From the NCBI GenBank assembly GCA_038496445.1, contig JALMLS010000356.1, positions 1 to 64,000 of the forward strand: a DNA stretch of 64,000 nt, given 5' to 3'. Under the pieces are notes generated by a model. The model was not told the origin of the DNA, did not search any database, and was given only the letters and a program-made list of their open reading frames with translations. Origin of the DNA: Trichosphaerium sp. ATCC 40318. Its lineage: Eukaryota > Protista > Tubulinea. Both the position numbers and the translations under genes were made by a program. Shown here piece after piece: positions 1-14,827 of this stretch (position 1 is its first letter; each line of letters starts with the position of its first letter).

Positions 1-730
1 TACATTAAAAATGAACTTCAGAGATTGTACAGGTTCGTATTTTTAATTACCTGTATTCGTCTTTAACGTACTAACGACCCTACAGACGCAATATAGACAT
101 TATAGACCCAGAAGTGATAGACGCGAAGTTATTTGAGGCAGAAACGGTAATTTCATAACTCAATAGTTTAAAATCACTGCAAATACGAGCCCAGGGAAAT
201 CTTTTGATCATCACTGATTTCATAACGCCGTTTTTTGTCATGCTTTAAACCGTCAACAACGCATGAAGTCCATGACAGATTGCCTCAAGAAGCTTACTTT
301 TACTTTTTTTTCAAACAAACATCGTAACATCTCTACAAAACCCAGGATGCTCCACAAATCGCTTTAACCATCAAAATACAGCGTTTGCTATATTTCTCCA
401 CGTGCCTTGTAACTCACTCCATTCACAGAGGATGGAACTAGCCATGCACTACAAAATACCATATCCAAGGTCTTGTTATGTTACAGGCGTCACAGCGGAC
501 ACATTGGCTAATAAGCACCTGACATCTTTCTGTGATGCTGCTTACATGCACAGCTACTACCACGACGAGAACGAAGGCAAATCAATGCCAAAGGGATTTG
601 TCAAAAAGACTGTAAGATCTCAAGAAAAAACGAGGGGCAGGCACGTAGACATACACGCTCTACGTACTAATTTTTTTTGTGCTTATTTTGTTTAATTTTT
701 AGAGAAGCTGCAGACGAAGGCATGTTCTAA
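1..730 (+). CDS. LYRM1: LYR-motif protein 1-like, 3' part (5' end outside window)
   Basis: Spliced translation YIKNELQRLYRRNIDIIDPEVIDAKLFEAETRMELAMHYKIPYPR matches the LYRM1 signature (HYKIPYPR). Three introns, the last with a GC donor (641-702). Stop TAA 728-730. Confidence 0.8.
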
Positions 731-944
731 TAGTCAACTTAAACGTGTCAATGGAGCTGTATTGTAAATAATAACGGTTTTTTTTATAATAACACCGAAA
801 CGACTGAACAAGGTGTTAAACAATATGTACTGTATAGATAGAAACCTAAAACCAATTACTAATTACCTTGGCTTTTTTTTAATTTATTTACAATCACAGC
901 GGCTGGCATCCGCGTTAACAACACCTACAACATGCTTATAGTAT

Positions 945-1870
945 CTAGTTGGCCTTGTTTTCCAGTTTAAAAATTTTATCTGCAAACTCGTTCTTCAGCT
1001 TGGACCAAAACAATAGTTCTGCTACAGCCGTTAAACAGTCATCTTGGATATCTCTTTTGAAAGCTCCAGAAACAACTTCTAAACAAGCCTTTTCTTTCTC
1101 TACCACTTGATCCCTTGACTCTGTAAGCTCTGTTACATCTGTAGATGATTCTAGTGTCTCTCGTAAATCAAAAACTTGCATAAGTAAATCAGGTGTCAAA
1201 TTATGCTTCCCTTCTGTTTCTACATCTACGCCACGTAATTTAAGCTGCAGTTCCAGTTAGAATATCATCAACAAATTGCAAACAAAATTCGAACAAAAGT
1301 GGAGTAACAAGTGATAAAAAGAACGTTGATTGGCGTGACGCGCTTACGAGATACGTACCAAGTAAATGGCTCTTTCAGCTGGATCCTTTAGTGTATCATA
1401 ACTTAGGTTAATATTGGACGATATTTTTGCTGCCTCTGTACGCTCTGCCTAACCACTATTAAGTGTTTGCGATTATGATCGCTATTTAGAAAATACGCAA
1501 CGGAATTTTTGACGTGGTGTTGCTCAAATGCCCCGTCTACGCTACAATAATTGTTTTACGTACATTTGGAGCTTGACTGAATTTGTCTGGGTGATAAGTA
1601 CGTTGGAGATCTTTAAATGATGTGTGAAGCGCTGAAGTATTAATGTCAAACTCTACAGGCCTATTTGAATGTAAATTGTAAAAACCTGATCAAATAAGCG
1701 ATAACTTACAATGAAAAGTACTCAAAATAATTCTTCTGCGCAGACGTCGCGTGTTTGTTACGAACTACAGAATGTCTTGTCTGTTGAGCTCCAATCGCCC
1801 AAATACTCTTTGAAATTGTCGACGGACGCGCAATAAAGCCATTCCGGCATAGGCTGACTCTTCCCAACAT
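945..1870 (-). CDS. HSCB: Mitochondrial Fe-S cluster co-chaperone HscB/Jac1
   Basis: Arg/Ser-rich presequence [11 protein letters not shown]..., then NYFEYFSL, J-domain [11 protein letters not shown], and C-terminal domain [16 protein letters not shown]. Multi-exon. Confidence 0.88.
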
Positions 1871-1970
1871 TTTCTGTTACCGACAAGCGTATTTGACACT
1901 AAAATCCGGAAATTTCTCTCGAGTTGCTTTTTTACCTTTTTTCAGACCAAGAAAACAACAACTCTTAAAA

Positions 1971-3768
<1,798 letters not shown>

Positions 3769-4099
3769 GTTTCCTTCTCTTCTGCGTTATAAACGCACGT
3801 GAGAGTTTCTGAGTGACGAAGACGGCTTGTAATGACTACTTACAGATCAAGCAAATTGTTGCTCAATTTTTATCAAAAAAAAAAAGCATTAAAAAAAACT
3901 TAAAATAAACCTAAATCTCTACGGTATTATCGTCTTTTTTGCTCATAAGCGTATGCTTCATTGATTGTTTTTGTTGTACAAGATCGTCTCCATTGGGTAA
4001 CGTAAGCAGAAATGGTGTAGTTGTCCTAAAAAAGACTTCTGAAGACCGTAGCTGGTAAATTACCCGACCGGTACAAGAGCCCTTGCGTTTTTTGTACCT

Positions 4100-6559
4100 A
4101 TGAAAGTACTATTGTTGCTTTCGGTGCTGTATACGCTTTATTGCGCAAATGCTCAAATAGTAACTTGCGCAACACTTCCTACATCTCACCCTTGCTCTTA
4201 CTACAATCTTACAACACCCGTGACTACACAAGTAGCCTTGACGGCTTCATTTCCATCAATTGACGTTCTCATTGGCAACTACGCTAACTCGTCAAACCTT
4301 GTATCGTTGGCTTCTTTTACATCAACAGAGTAAGCGAATTTCACTTGACACGATCAAAACGTTGGATATTCTTCTCATTCTATTGATAGATGCGGTCTAG
4401 CCATCAAAGAGTACACTTGCAAGTTTATATTTCGTACTATGACGCAGTGTCCTTCAATTCCTCAAACTCCATGCGTATCGCTTTGCGAACGCGTACTGAG
4501 CGCTTGTGCTTCTGTTTTCGAGACGACTCCGTCATTGAAGTTAAATTGTTCCGCTGTTGAAGGACCCTTTGCAGGTACCATAAGTTACGCTAATATAATG
4601 TTTACAGCCTTAGGTGGATTGTTTTTACCTGCATTTGAAGAGCCACCAAGATGTAATTCATTAACTACAAAGTTTACGCCTGAGGATTGCGTAGCACCAC
4701 TAGCCTATGATCCTATTGACGATAAATGTGGGTTACAGTGCCCATTAGTAAACTGTCGCGCAGAAAAACTTGTGCGTAAATGGACGCATCTCAACGAATA
4801 GCTAAATCCTATGCGCTTAGATTGCCAATATAGGCATACCAATATCATTTATAGTGTCAGTTATAGCATTGACACTACATACATCCAGCCAAGACTATAA
4901 GAATAAGTCTGTTGCTTCTTTATACTTTCTACTCGAATACTGGTACAAAGACTTTTTTTTTGACTACTTGAACTTTTTTGCTACGCGCGTAGAGATTGAT
5001 TTTTTTTTCCTTCTAGGTTTTCAGTACTTACAAGTGCTGCCTTTCTTATTGTTCCTCTATGGGGATGGGACAACGTTCAATGCACTAATTCAGCTAGAGC
5101 TGTTAAAACTTTTGCTGAAAATCCAATTTGCATCATACACGGTACGCAATATTATCATTACAACATGTTTGGGTGTTTGTAATTCTTCAAGTTACTCAGT
5201 TCTGTGTAGGTGCTTTAAGCCTTTATTTCTCAACGCTGACGCTGTATTACTGGTTGTGTGGTGGTCTAGCTACCGCTTGGACATTATATAATCTGAGGGT
5301 GGCAAAAATAAAAGATCATAGCATACTGGAACGGTAAGTTAATATAAGCTCTCATTTTTTTCTTTGTTTTTTTTTCTCATTTTTTTCTTTGTTTTTTTAT
5401 AGGTTGGGTTGGCTTCTCATACCAGCAATTATACCTACAATATTTATTATTACAGTTCTATCACGTGGAGAAATTGGAGGACCATCTATTATTTGTTTAC
5501 CAGGATGTACAAGTACGTAAACCTTTTTTTTTTGGAAATTTCTTGATTATCTGAAAGAAACTTGCTGATTTATGTTCTTTTAGTGGTAGTACCAAATGCT
5601 GCTTTTAAGTACACATATACTGTTATTATTCTACTACCACTTCCTATTGGAACAATTGGGAGCTGTTATGTCATCTACAAGATATCTCAAGTACGTAGTG
5701 GTTCCCTTTTTTTCAACTACACGTGTTTACCTACGTGCCAATTTAGTTGAAATTTCTAAAAATATTTTTGTCTTTTTCCTCGTAGCTAGCAACATGTGCA
5801 TGCTTATGCGGTTAATCAAAGGGTATAAAACAAGTTAGAAAGCTTAATGCTAGCAGAAATACAGACGAAAAGAATTACCTTGCCGCTAAGATGCTTATGT
5901 ATCATCATGTTATATCAGTCTGGGTTTTACTGCTTGGCGTTGCTTTTCTAGTGCTATCTAACGAAGCACTACATCCGCAACTGATAGCAAGGTTTCAAAC
6001 TAACCTACTATGCCCTGCTCTTAACGATCCATCAACTTGTGGTACCAACGACGCAGTACAATATTTATACTGATACGAAGCTAGAAAGCATTGACATGTG
6101 GCCTGATTACATCAACTTCATTGGTACTATTACTTGGTCTTTATTTCCTCTTCCTATTGTCCTTCTACTACTCAGTACGTTTGCGTAGTTCACAAAGTTT
6201 TACGTGCTCGAGAATAACTTCTCTGACTTTTTTGTAGTAATAAACACGAGATACTGGAATAGGCTTAAAGCTAGGGTAGTTTCTTTTGTTTTTTGTAGGA
6301 GACAGCCGAAAGAAATTATACCCGGTTCAAGTAGTTGTTCACCTACTACTCTAGATGCTTCATCGTCAAGGGGCGCTGGTATGTACTGCAACCTTCTAGG
6401 TTCAATCAATGAACGATTTTAGACCTTTTTTGTAACATTTTATTGGTAGGAAGTGTCGCCTTTTCACTTGAGAACGAGCAGCTCACGTTAGGCTCACACC
6501 AAGAAATACAATTAGATACAATGAAAACATCAAATTTAAATCATAGATCACACACGTGA
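4100..6559 (+). CDS. Frizzled/Smoothened-like GPCR (signal peptide, Fz cysteine-rich domain, multiple TM helices)
   Basis: Signal peptide; CRD-like Cys pattern (C...YTC..IF...C...PCVSLCERVLSAC; CVAPL...CGLQCP); several hydrophobic exons. Stop inferred at 6557-6559. Confidence 0.7.
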
Positions 6560-7029
6560 TCGCGTACATGCGTGAGAAAGAGCAGCTCAACAAAAACTAA
6601 AAAAAACTGTTGAACAAAAAAGGAGTTCTCTACAATAAACAATTCTGTATTTTTAGTTTTGGTTGTAACATTCTTCCTTACCAGACCAGGTGGTATCACC
6701 TGGAGTTTTTGTGCAACGCAAAAAGTTAGTGCCTTTTTTTCAGCTTTTACTGCAAACTTTTTCCTACGCGTTGTAAATACGCTCAGCATCGGTTACCCTG
6801 TTTCTATAGCGTAACTAAACGTTACAAGCTATTTATAATCTCCATGAAAAGAGACTCAAAGTTTTTAGCATATTTTCTAACGTTAGAGTCATTGTAAGGT
6901 GTAATCTAGCGGGGTTTAAATGTAGTGATCTTAATGACGTTTTCCGTTTAAGCCTCTTTTTCAAAAATTGATTCGCCTAAAGCGCAGTTAGGTGTAACAA
7001 ATTTCAATAACAACAATAGTAACGCAGCA

Positions 7030-8409
7030 ATGCAATCAATTAAACTCGTAGTAGTCGGTGACGGAGCAGTCGGTATTGCACTTTGTAAATAAAGCGTTTG
7101 TTGTTAACTTATTTTAGGTAAAACTTGCTTGCTCATTTCCTACACCTCCAATAGGTACAAAAACGCGATTATTCATTTTTATAACGCGATCCGCCTCTGG
7201 AGCCTTTATATGCACCAGTGGTGATTTAAAATGCAAAAACAATCAGTTTTGATTATTTTGCGCCGCTGGAGCGCAATCTCCTTTTGATTGTCTTGAATAC
7301 TGACTAAGCGCCTTAGTTTCCCAAAAGAATACGTCCCAACTGTATTCGACAACTATTCAGGTACTTAGACAAGATTTTTGACGCTTCTCTTTCACAAGAT
7401 GACACTTTTTGACCTTATACTCACTCGTTTGTTTAGCAAACGTACGCGTTGCTGATAAAACAGTATCCTTGGGTCTTTGGGATACGGTACGCACTTTTTA
7501 ACTCGAGTTTTTATAAAAATCCTTTTACTGACGCATTACTTTAGGCCGGTACGTTATTATACAATACAATGAATCAATTTAAGACGTTCCTCCTCAAAAT
7601 AAAACCGAAAATGCGAAACGAGAGTTTACCACGCCAAAAAACATCTTTGCAATACTATTACACACGCTTATACACAACGCTTTGTGGTCTTGACTCAATC
7701 TAATAATTTTTTTTTGAACCTTTTTGTTCTGGCGTTGTTTGTAGACTCACAGTTCAATAGGCCAAGAAGATTACGATCGTCTCCGTCCTCTTTCCTACCC
7801 AGTAAGTTTTTTTTTTTGACTTTTTTCTTTTCCGTCCTTCGTCTTCGCTTCGTTGCAACTTACATGGTACTTGTAGCAAACTGATGTGTTCTTGATATGT
7901 TTCAGTGTTATCTCCCCTACTTCTTTCTCTAATGTCAGAACAAAGGTAACGTTATTGGAGCTTTATTTTTTGGTCGAACATTTTTTTTTTATTTGATTAT
8001 CGGCTTTTTTGGGGCTCACGCTTTTTTGTGTAGTGGTGGCCTGAAGTAACACATCATTGTCCTACTGCCAAGATCATTCTCGTTGGTACCAAACTCGATC
8101 TTCGTGAGGACCAAGAAAAACTTGACAGCCTAAAGGAGAAAGGTCTCTCCCCTGTCACACCAGATCAAGTACGTTTTTTGTTTATAAATACTGTGAAATG
8201 TGGCCGTATTTGTTCTTTTTTTCTTATTTGGATTTTTAAAGGGTGAACAAATGGCTCGCGAAATTAAGGCCGTAAAATACATGGAGTGCTCAGCTTTGAC
8301 ACAAAAGGGCCTCAAACAAGTGTTTGACGAAGCCATCAAAGCAGTCATTCTCCCTGACCGTGCCAACAAACCAGCACGCTCTAGCCGTAGAGGTTGCACT
8401 GTCTTGTAG
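7030..8409 (+). CDS. Rac/Rho-family small GTPase
   Basis: [65 protein letters not shown] end CTVL. Includes a 4-nt exon at 7545-7548. Confidence 0.96.
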
Positions 8410-10368
8410 ACTATGCGTTTAGCCTTCTCACTGCTCGAATATCGGCGGTTATCTCCTTTGCCCACTTATTTTGTTTGTTTATGGGGCCTGTAAAATAAAC
8501 AATCCTTAGAAAGGATATTGTTAAAATATAGTACTCATATTGCGACTCCCTTGTTATCAACCAAAGTCACTGAGAAAAACATTGTAGTTCGTGTTGTCTT
8601 ATTTTCGTAATATTTTTGCATTGATGCCATTTGCAGTTTTTGAAATTGAACTAGTGTCACAAGAGTATCCAGGTATTTTTAAAGTTTTGTCCTTACAATT
8701 GGTGTTGCACATAAGAAAAAGTTAGCCATTGGTTTTGTTTATGTATTGCTTTTATTTCTTATTGACACTATGAGACAACTGTTTTATTCGTAATTGGGTT
8801 CAAAGCTACGGAAATGTCTGGCTTCATTAAAAACTGATACAAACCACGTTACTGTATCAATACACAATTTTTCAGGGCAAGATAGAGGTCGAGTTTATCG
8901 TATCCTGGTCACCTAGAGTAATAAATGAAGATCAATTGGAACACTCCATAGGATACACTAATGGTAAAGCTTGCAAGGGTTACCTAAGCTCACAAACTGT
9001 CCCGAACAACGAGGAAGCTATCACAAAACAAAGGTCGAATCTGTTAGAATAGAATGTGCATGTATTACACTTACAGTACATATCTAACAACAACAAGCGC
9101 TTTTTTAGCCTTCAGAGTGTAATTCGTGACCGATTTCTTTTTGTAAAGCGTGTAAACTATGTCTATCAACTAATTTGTACGTATTAAGACGTTTATTGGG
9201 TCTCTCGAAGTACAAGAGTATAAACTATCATTTCTGAAGTATTTGCAACGCATAGTAGCTCATAACCTATCGTAAAAGCTTTTTGTAGACAATCAGCGAC
9301 GTTAATACCCTTCACATAGCCTGTTCTAGTTCGTTTCTTTGAACAAATCTCTGCTGCATCTTCCCGTTATGCGCCCTTGGGATTCTTCTAAACGGATTAG
9401 TAGCGTCTTTTTAATTGATGTCCCTGTCTTTCCAGTTATATATGCCATTGTTTGTGTGTAGTGTTTACGTGTGTGTTGGGTAAAGTCTTGGCCTGACTTT
9501 TTTGGGATTTTGTCGGGGTAATTCCTAAAATGGTCAGAATTATACCCAGATTTACAAAAGATTTTAAGCTTAAAATCTCTATTTTCTGTAGCATGTTGTG
9601 GCTTCACTACAACTTGTAAATTTAAATAACATTTGTGTGTACTGTGTTGAACTGATTGTATTGATAGCAACAAGGAAAGCTCATTGAAGATGATCTGCCA
9701 CCTCCATCATTTGCAAGCAGCTTCAATAAATCATTGTTCTAGAGTTAAGAAGGTAGGCAGTGTTTTATACACCGTCATAAATTATCACATTTATTGGCTG
9801 CGCCACAGTGCTAAGTGTGGCATATGTTACCATTTGTTTCGAGAGGATGGGCACTAACAGTTTTCACATTAGCCTTTTGGCTAACTGTGCTCACCAGCTT
9901 TCGGGACAACCTTGTGCTCAACTCCTGGTTCCCAAGTACGTTTCTGGTTTCCATGGAAAAAAATAGTTTCACCACCCTTATAAGATTAGAATTCAGTTTA
10001 ATTTACCATGATGTCTAACGTACTGTACTGTAAATCCATCATTCGTGTACAAAATAAATATCAAGATTGTTTTTCGTCTTTGCTATACTATATCTCATTT
10101 GTTAGCAACTGCGCAAAAGTGATTTGGAAGCAATACTAGAATAACATACAGTCCGAAACCAATTCAATCAGTTTTCTGTTTCTAGTAGATCATAGTAAAC
10201 TTCGTGTTAAAAGAATAAAGTTGTTCGCAGAAAAACGCAGAAAGTACTTTGAACACCTTTTTGGTGGCTATGCTAGACTTTCTTGTACAACGAATATTTG
10301 GGCATTGTTCAAGAACGGTTTTATTCATTTTTTACAAGGGTGAATAAGTTCATTACAGCACGTGTTTC

Positions 10369-10802
10369 TCAGCAAGTTTGACCACAAACAGCTTCATTCC
10401 AGCAACACCATTTGCTACTTCTGATGCGGAAACATAATGGAGATCCAGGGTAACAGTATGCAGTTGAACCTATAAAAACGACAAGTAAGTACCGCAATAA
10501 GTACACCAAAATAAGCACTCAAATACTCTTTTCTTTTTTCACGTACATTGACCACGTTTTTCACGACCACGTCTTCTCCATCCAGGAGGACACCATCCAT
10601 TTTCATCACATGATTCACCACAAAGTAATGGTCCTTGCTAAATGATAGAGTAAGTCGTATGTATAAGGTTATGAATCTGAAGTTAGCGTTTTTGACTTAC
10701 CTCAGTTGCTCTTTTGGCTCTTTCGCTGATATCGTTAGATTGGACCGCCAAGGCAACAGTCAATGCCATGAGGACAAATGCGAAAAGTATAGTTATTTTC
10801 AT
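10369..10802 (-). CDS. Small secreted cysteine-rich prepropeptide (3 exons)
   Basis: Spliced product MKITILFAFVLMALTVALAVQSNDISERAKRATEQGPLLCGESCDENGWCPPGWRRRGREKRGQCSTAYCYPGSPLCFRIRSSKWCCWNEAVCGQTC*. Canonical GT-AG introns keep the frame. Confidence 0.8.
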
Positions 10803-11546
10803 TGTTATTTTAATTAGAGTTGTTGTTGTAGTTGGGATAGATTCGATTTTATGATTTGTTTGGGAAACAAACTTAACAAGAACAGTTTACATGGTAAACC
10901 TTTTTTTTCTGTTAATTTTCCATTCATGGATTAACACTTTATCCTAAAGCTGGTTGTACCATTATTCGTAGAATATTTATAACCCTTGAATTTAAGATGC
11001 TATTGTTAAACAATGTACTATATTCGCTGTAACAAAAAACTTAAAGTGTTGAAGTTCTTATTGAATAATTGCTTTCATTAATCATTACTTTATGAAAAAA
11101 GTTTGTAAGGATGCTGTTTATAGCTTTCACCAAAGTAGTACCAAAACCATCCTTGCACAAGGGGCCATGGTAATCTTCTATGTTTCATTCCAATGTTAAC
11201 TTATGCCTTCCCTGAAGGTTCGGCTAAAGTAGTACCTAAAACAATTGTATGAGATATTCTCACTGCTCTTTCTGGCTACCTCAGCGTAACCCTGAAACAA
11301 CATGACAATAAGCACTTTAAAAAAGAAAACCGTGCAGACAATAACAGGTTACCTAGAAAATTACAATGTGTTTCAAGTGCATGTTGTACCAATAGTATCG
11401 GGATCAGGATTCTCAATTTACAATGCCTATTTTTACAGTAAACTGTTTCAAAGCAGATCATTTGTTGAATACTAGTTTGATGAATCAAAATTCAACTCAC
11501 CACTCATGTATTGCTTATACTTACCTTTCAATCTAGTTGTTTTTAT

Positions 11547-13900
11547 TTTGATAGGGAAAAGGAAAGTGTGTAAAGCTGCAAGGAGCGTGGAATACTTACA
11601 ATACTAAAAATTGGTTGGCGGACAGAAAATGGTCACACAGAGAAATGGCAATTTAGCTATATCCGCCGATGTTGTTGGAAGTTTGTCTATAAAGTGATGG
11701 AAAGTACATACAGTTGCATAACAAGAGTATACAAAGTTCAACCTGTATTACGTAATCAAAGGTTTGCACTAATTTTTCGCGTTAGACCAATACCTCAATC
11801 CCAACAAAAGCGGTGCAAGACGATCTGGGAGGAAAGGAACACACGGTCCCTGGCCGATAGCTCTGGCGCAGAGCGAGCATGTGTGAGGTTTATTTACAAA
11901 ACATGATCGCGAATGCAATAAAATACAAAAAGAGAAAAAGAAAATTTTTTTTTTTTTTTTTTAAAGGGTGGTAGTGGGAGGGTGATTTCTGCTTGCTATC
12001 GTATAAACCTGCTTGAGTCGGTTGTCTGTCTTTGTTGTGTCTGTCCAGTTTGTTCAAACGCCTGAAATGTCTCACATGTTCAGACAAAATTTGGCACCTT
12101 GTTTTTCAAAGATGAAGGTTTTTAGCGCTGTTTTTGTACAACATTTTTTCATCAGAAAACAGCTCACTTTTTAATCAATCTAGGCTCTTATCAATTATGC
12201 GAAAAGTAGTGCAAACCCAAGGATAATTAAAGAACAATAACTGGAAAAAAAAGTCACGTGTTACATTTTTTGGCTAACAATGGCGGAGGTCCTTCTAGTA
12301 AGTACTATTGTAAAGATGGGAAGAACCAAGGCGTTCAGACGGAGTTACAGCAAGTTCAAATCTCGTGTTCTCGCCCACTTACCAAAAATAGTATATGTCG
12401 CGTGAACTGCCAATTCTATATCACGTGATATGCCTGTTTTTGCATGTATGTATTTTATTTCGCATGTGGTAGCTATTAGCGTTGTCTCTTACACATTACA
12501 AGCGCTTTCAGGGTGTTTTTAAGGAGTCCGTAAGATATTTTGTACCAGTTAGTTTTTTAGCACCTCTGGTGGTGTTGCTACGCGTTTTTATATTCAGGGT
12601 AGACGCTTGTGGCTTGTTTTAGAACTCAAGTATTTCTGAATGTTTTTTAGCAGCGATGCTGTTGTATTTATAATGGAACCTACACAATATTTTAGTAACC
12701 TTATGGGAGTTCAACTTTGATCGTAGAATCCTTGACTCATAAAAATTGTTAGCTAACCAATTGAATTGTGCTTAAACACAATATTTTTTTCTTCAACTTT
12801 TTTTAGAAATTATGACCGTGTTGCCTGCTTCTAACGCTCAAAACACCTGTCTTTAAGCGTGGATTACAGTACTAGTGCAGAAATCCGAACCTATAAAAAA
12901 AGGTCAAATCTACAAGTTCAAAAAAACCGGTTTGTGAAACATCTGTTTTTGTGCCTTTCTATTTCTTCTACGCTGAGCAATATCACATTACATTGGTTAC
13001 TGTGAGCAAAAGAATATTCATATAGGTCCACAAGACCTTCGGTCCTGTTTGTGATTCAAGTTCAAAACAATACATGAACAGAAACATAACTACATATCCC
13101 TCTAAGCAATGAACCTTCTATTATCTTTTTTACTTGTCACTATGTTTGTATCGTCTATTCAACAGATTGTATACATAGATGTAGATGTATCTTGGGATAA
13201 TGCCGCTGCAGTTTGTGAAGACGAGTACGCTAACTAGCAGGTTGATTATCAGCCGTATCTTTTTTTTGTGATATTTAATACCATAAGGGGCATGGTGTTG
13301 GCGGAAATCCTCACTGACGCCGACTATAACGCTGCTAAAAGCTTCAATCGCCTTGGATGGGTAAACGGTAGAAGAGATGTACCAGTTGACGCAGATTTGA
13401 AGTACGACAGACTTCTTCTCACAGTTCATTAACCTGTTAATCTGTATAGTTGTCGTGACTGTACCCGATCAACAAGTAACACAATGGCTTGCTCTATATG
13501 TACTAGCCATCTTAATACTTATGTCTGGCAACGCTCTGGGTTAACCCTTACACAGACACCGCTTTACAATGACATTGTCGGCTCTGTAAGTTAAAAGTAC
13601 TTAACCAGATGGCTACTAACGAATTATAGCCAGCCAGCAATGCGGATGTTGGCAGATACATTAGAGCATACCATAATTCGGAAGAACCAAGTATGGGTAA
13701 TCAGTATTGTCTTTACATTTCCGTTAACCTTGATCTCAATGATTTTCCTTGCACTGTTACTTGGGGTGTTTTTTGTCGTACGTATCCTTAGATGCACTCT
13801 CTTTGTAGCTATCATTTGAAATTAACTCTTCAAACTATAGAACCAAGGCCACCACCAACGGAACCACCAACAACTGAGCCGCCTACCACAATGCTTCCAA
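11547..13900 (+). repeat. Left arm of inverted segmental duplication (partner about 39020-41046)
   Basis: Long near-identical reverse-complement match covering upstream region and lectin exons, e.g. tttgatagggaaaagg at 11547 vs ccttttccctatcaaa ending at 41046. Confidence 0.92.
11760..12218. mobile_element. MITE copy A, interrupted by an ~307 bp insertion (11780-12086)
   Basis: Terminal inverted repeats (A/G)GGTTTGCACTA ... TAGTGCAAACCC; internal sequence homologous to copies at 35400 and 40667. Confidence 0.7.
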
Positions 13901-14500
13901 CTACAGAACCACCTACAACAATGCCGCCAACTACAATGCCACCTACTACAATGCCACCCACTACAGAACCACCTACGACTGAACCACCTACTACATTACC
14001 GCCAACAACTGAACCACCAACTACTGAACCACCTACTACGGAACCACCTACCACAGAACCACCTACTACTGAACCACCTACTACAGAACCACCAACTACT
14101 GAACCACCAACTACTGAACCACCTACTACAGAACCACCTACCACAGAACCACCAACTACTGAACCACCAACTACTGAACCACCTACTACTGAACCACCTA
14201 CCACAGAACCACCTACTACTGAACCACCGACGACTGAACCACCTACCACATTACCGCCAACAACAGAACCACCAACTACTGAACCACCGACAACGGATCC
14301 ACCTACCACAGAACCACCTACTACTGCACCACCGACGACTGAACCACCTACCACAGAACCACCTACTACTGCACCTCCGACCACAAACCACCAACAACAC
14401 AACCACCTACAACTGAAGTTCCGACAACACTGGCACCAGTCTATTCAAGTTTTAACAGAAAAAGTAGATGTATAAGACGCCTGTCACAGCAGCAATAAAA
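13109..14500 (+). CDS. Secreted C-type lectin domain + PPTTE mucin stalk (copy 1; frameshifted at end of stalk, lacks C-terminal domains)
   Basis: Signal peptide MNLLLSFLLVTMFVSS; CTLD motifs VSWDNAAAVCEDEGMVLAEI, GWVNG, YCLYI...LNDFPC...GVFC; four introns; 1-nt loss near 14386 shifts the repeat frame. Confidence 0.75.
13850..14430 (+). repeat. 15-bp tandem coding repeat, (E/M/L/A)PPTT
   Basis: Units such as gaaccacctactact repeated more than 30 times. Confidence 0.97.
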
Positions 14501-14827
14501 GATTAGCACCAACTGAATGTCGATAAAGCAAAGTCTACCACATTGTCCGAAAAACCGGTTTTAGGTGAAAGTCCGAAAACTTTCGGTGTAGCTGTAAGAT
14601 TTTTTTAAAAAACCTGGCTCAAAAACTTTTAGCTATCCACGTGATTTTTTTTGCAAATCGGTTTCTTTTCACACAGCACTTCTATCACCTAGTTTACGAG
14701 ATCCTGACCATTCCGTCTTAACACAAGGAAATAATCGCTACCTTTGTTTCAACAAATTTTTTGGTTTTCACTATCATATATTTGGTTTCTTTCTTACAGA
14801 AAATAACAATAATGTTTGTTACTCACA

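Noticed and set aside
8600-10300. Short ORFs and possible exon relics (also 30400-31400)
   Set aside because: No consistent spliced frame or recognisable motif could be built.
11850-11910. tRNA gene
   Set aside because: Only a D-arm-like segment; no T-arm or acceptor pairing.
13782-13790. U12-type donor GTATCCTT
   Set aside because: Using it breaks the frame; the GT 4 nt upstream gives the correct lectin-mucin join.
13830-14402. Antisense (VVGGS)n ORFs here and at 38326-39149
   Set aside because: Shadow frames of the PPTT mucin repeats; splice sites and signal peptide are on the other strand.
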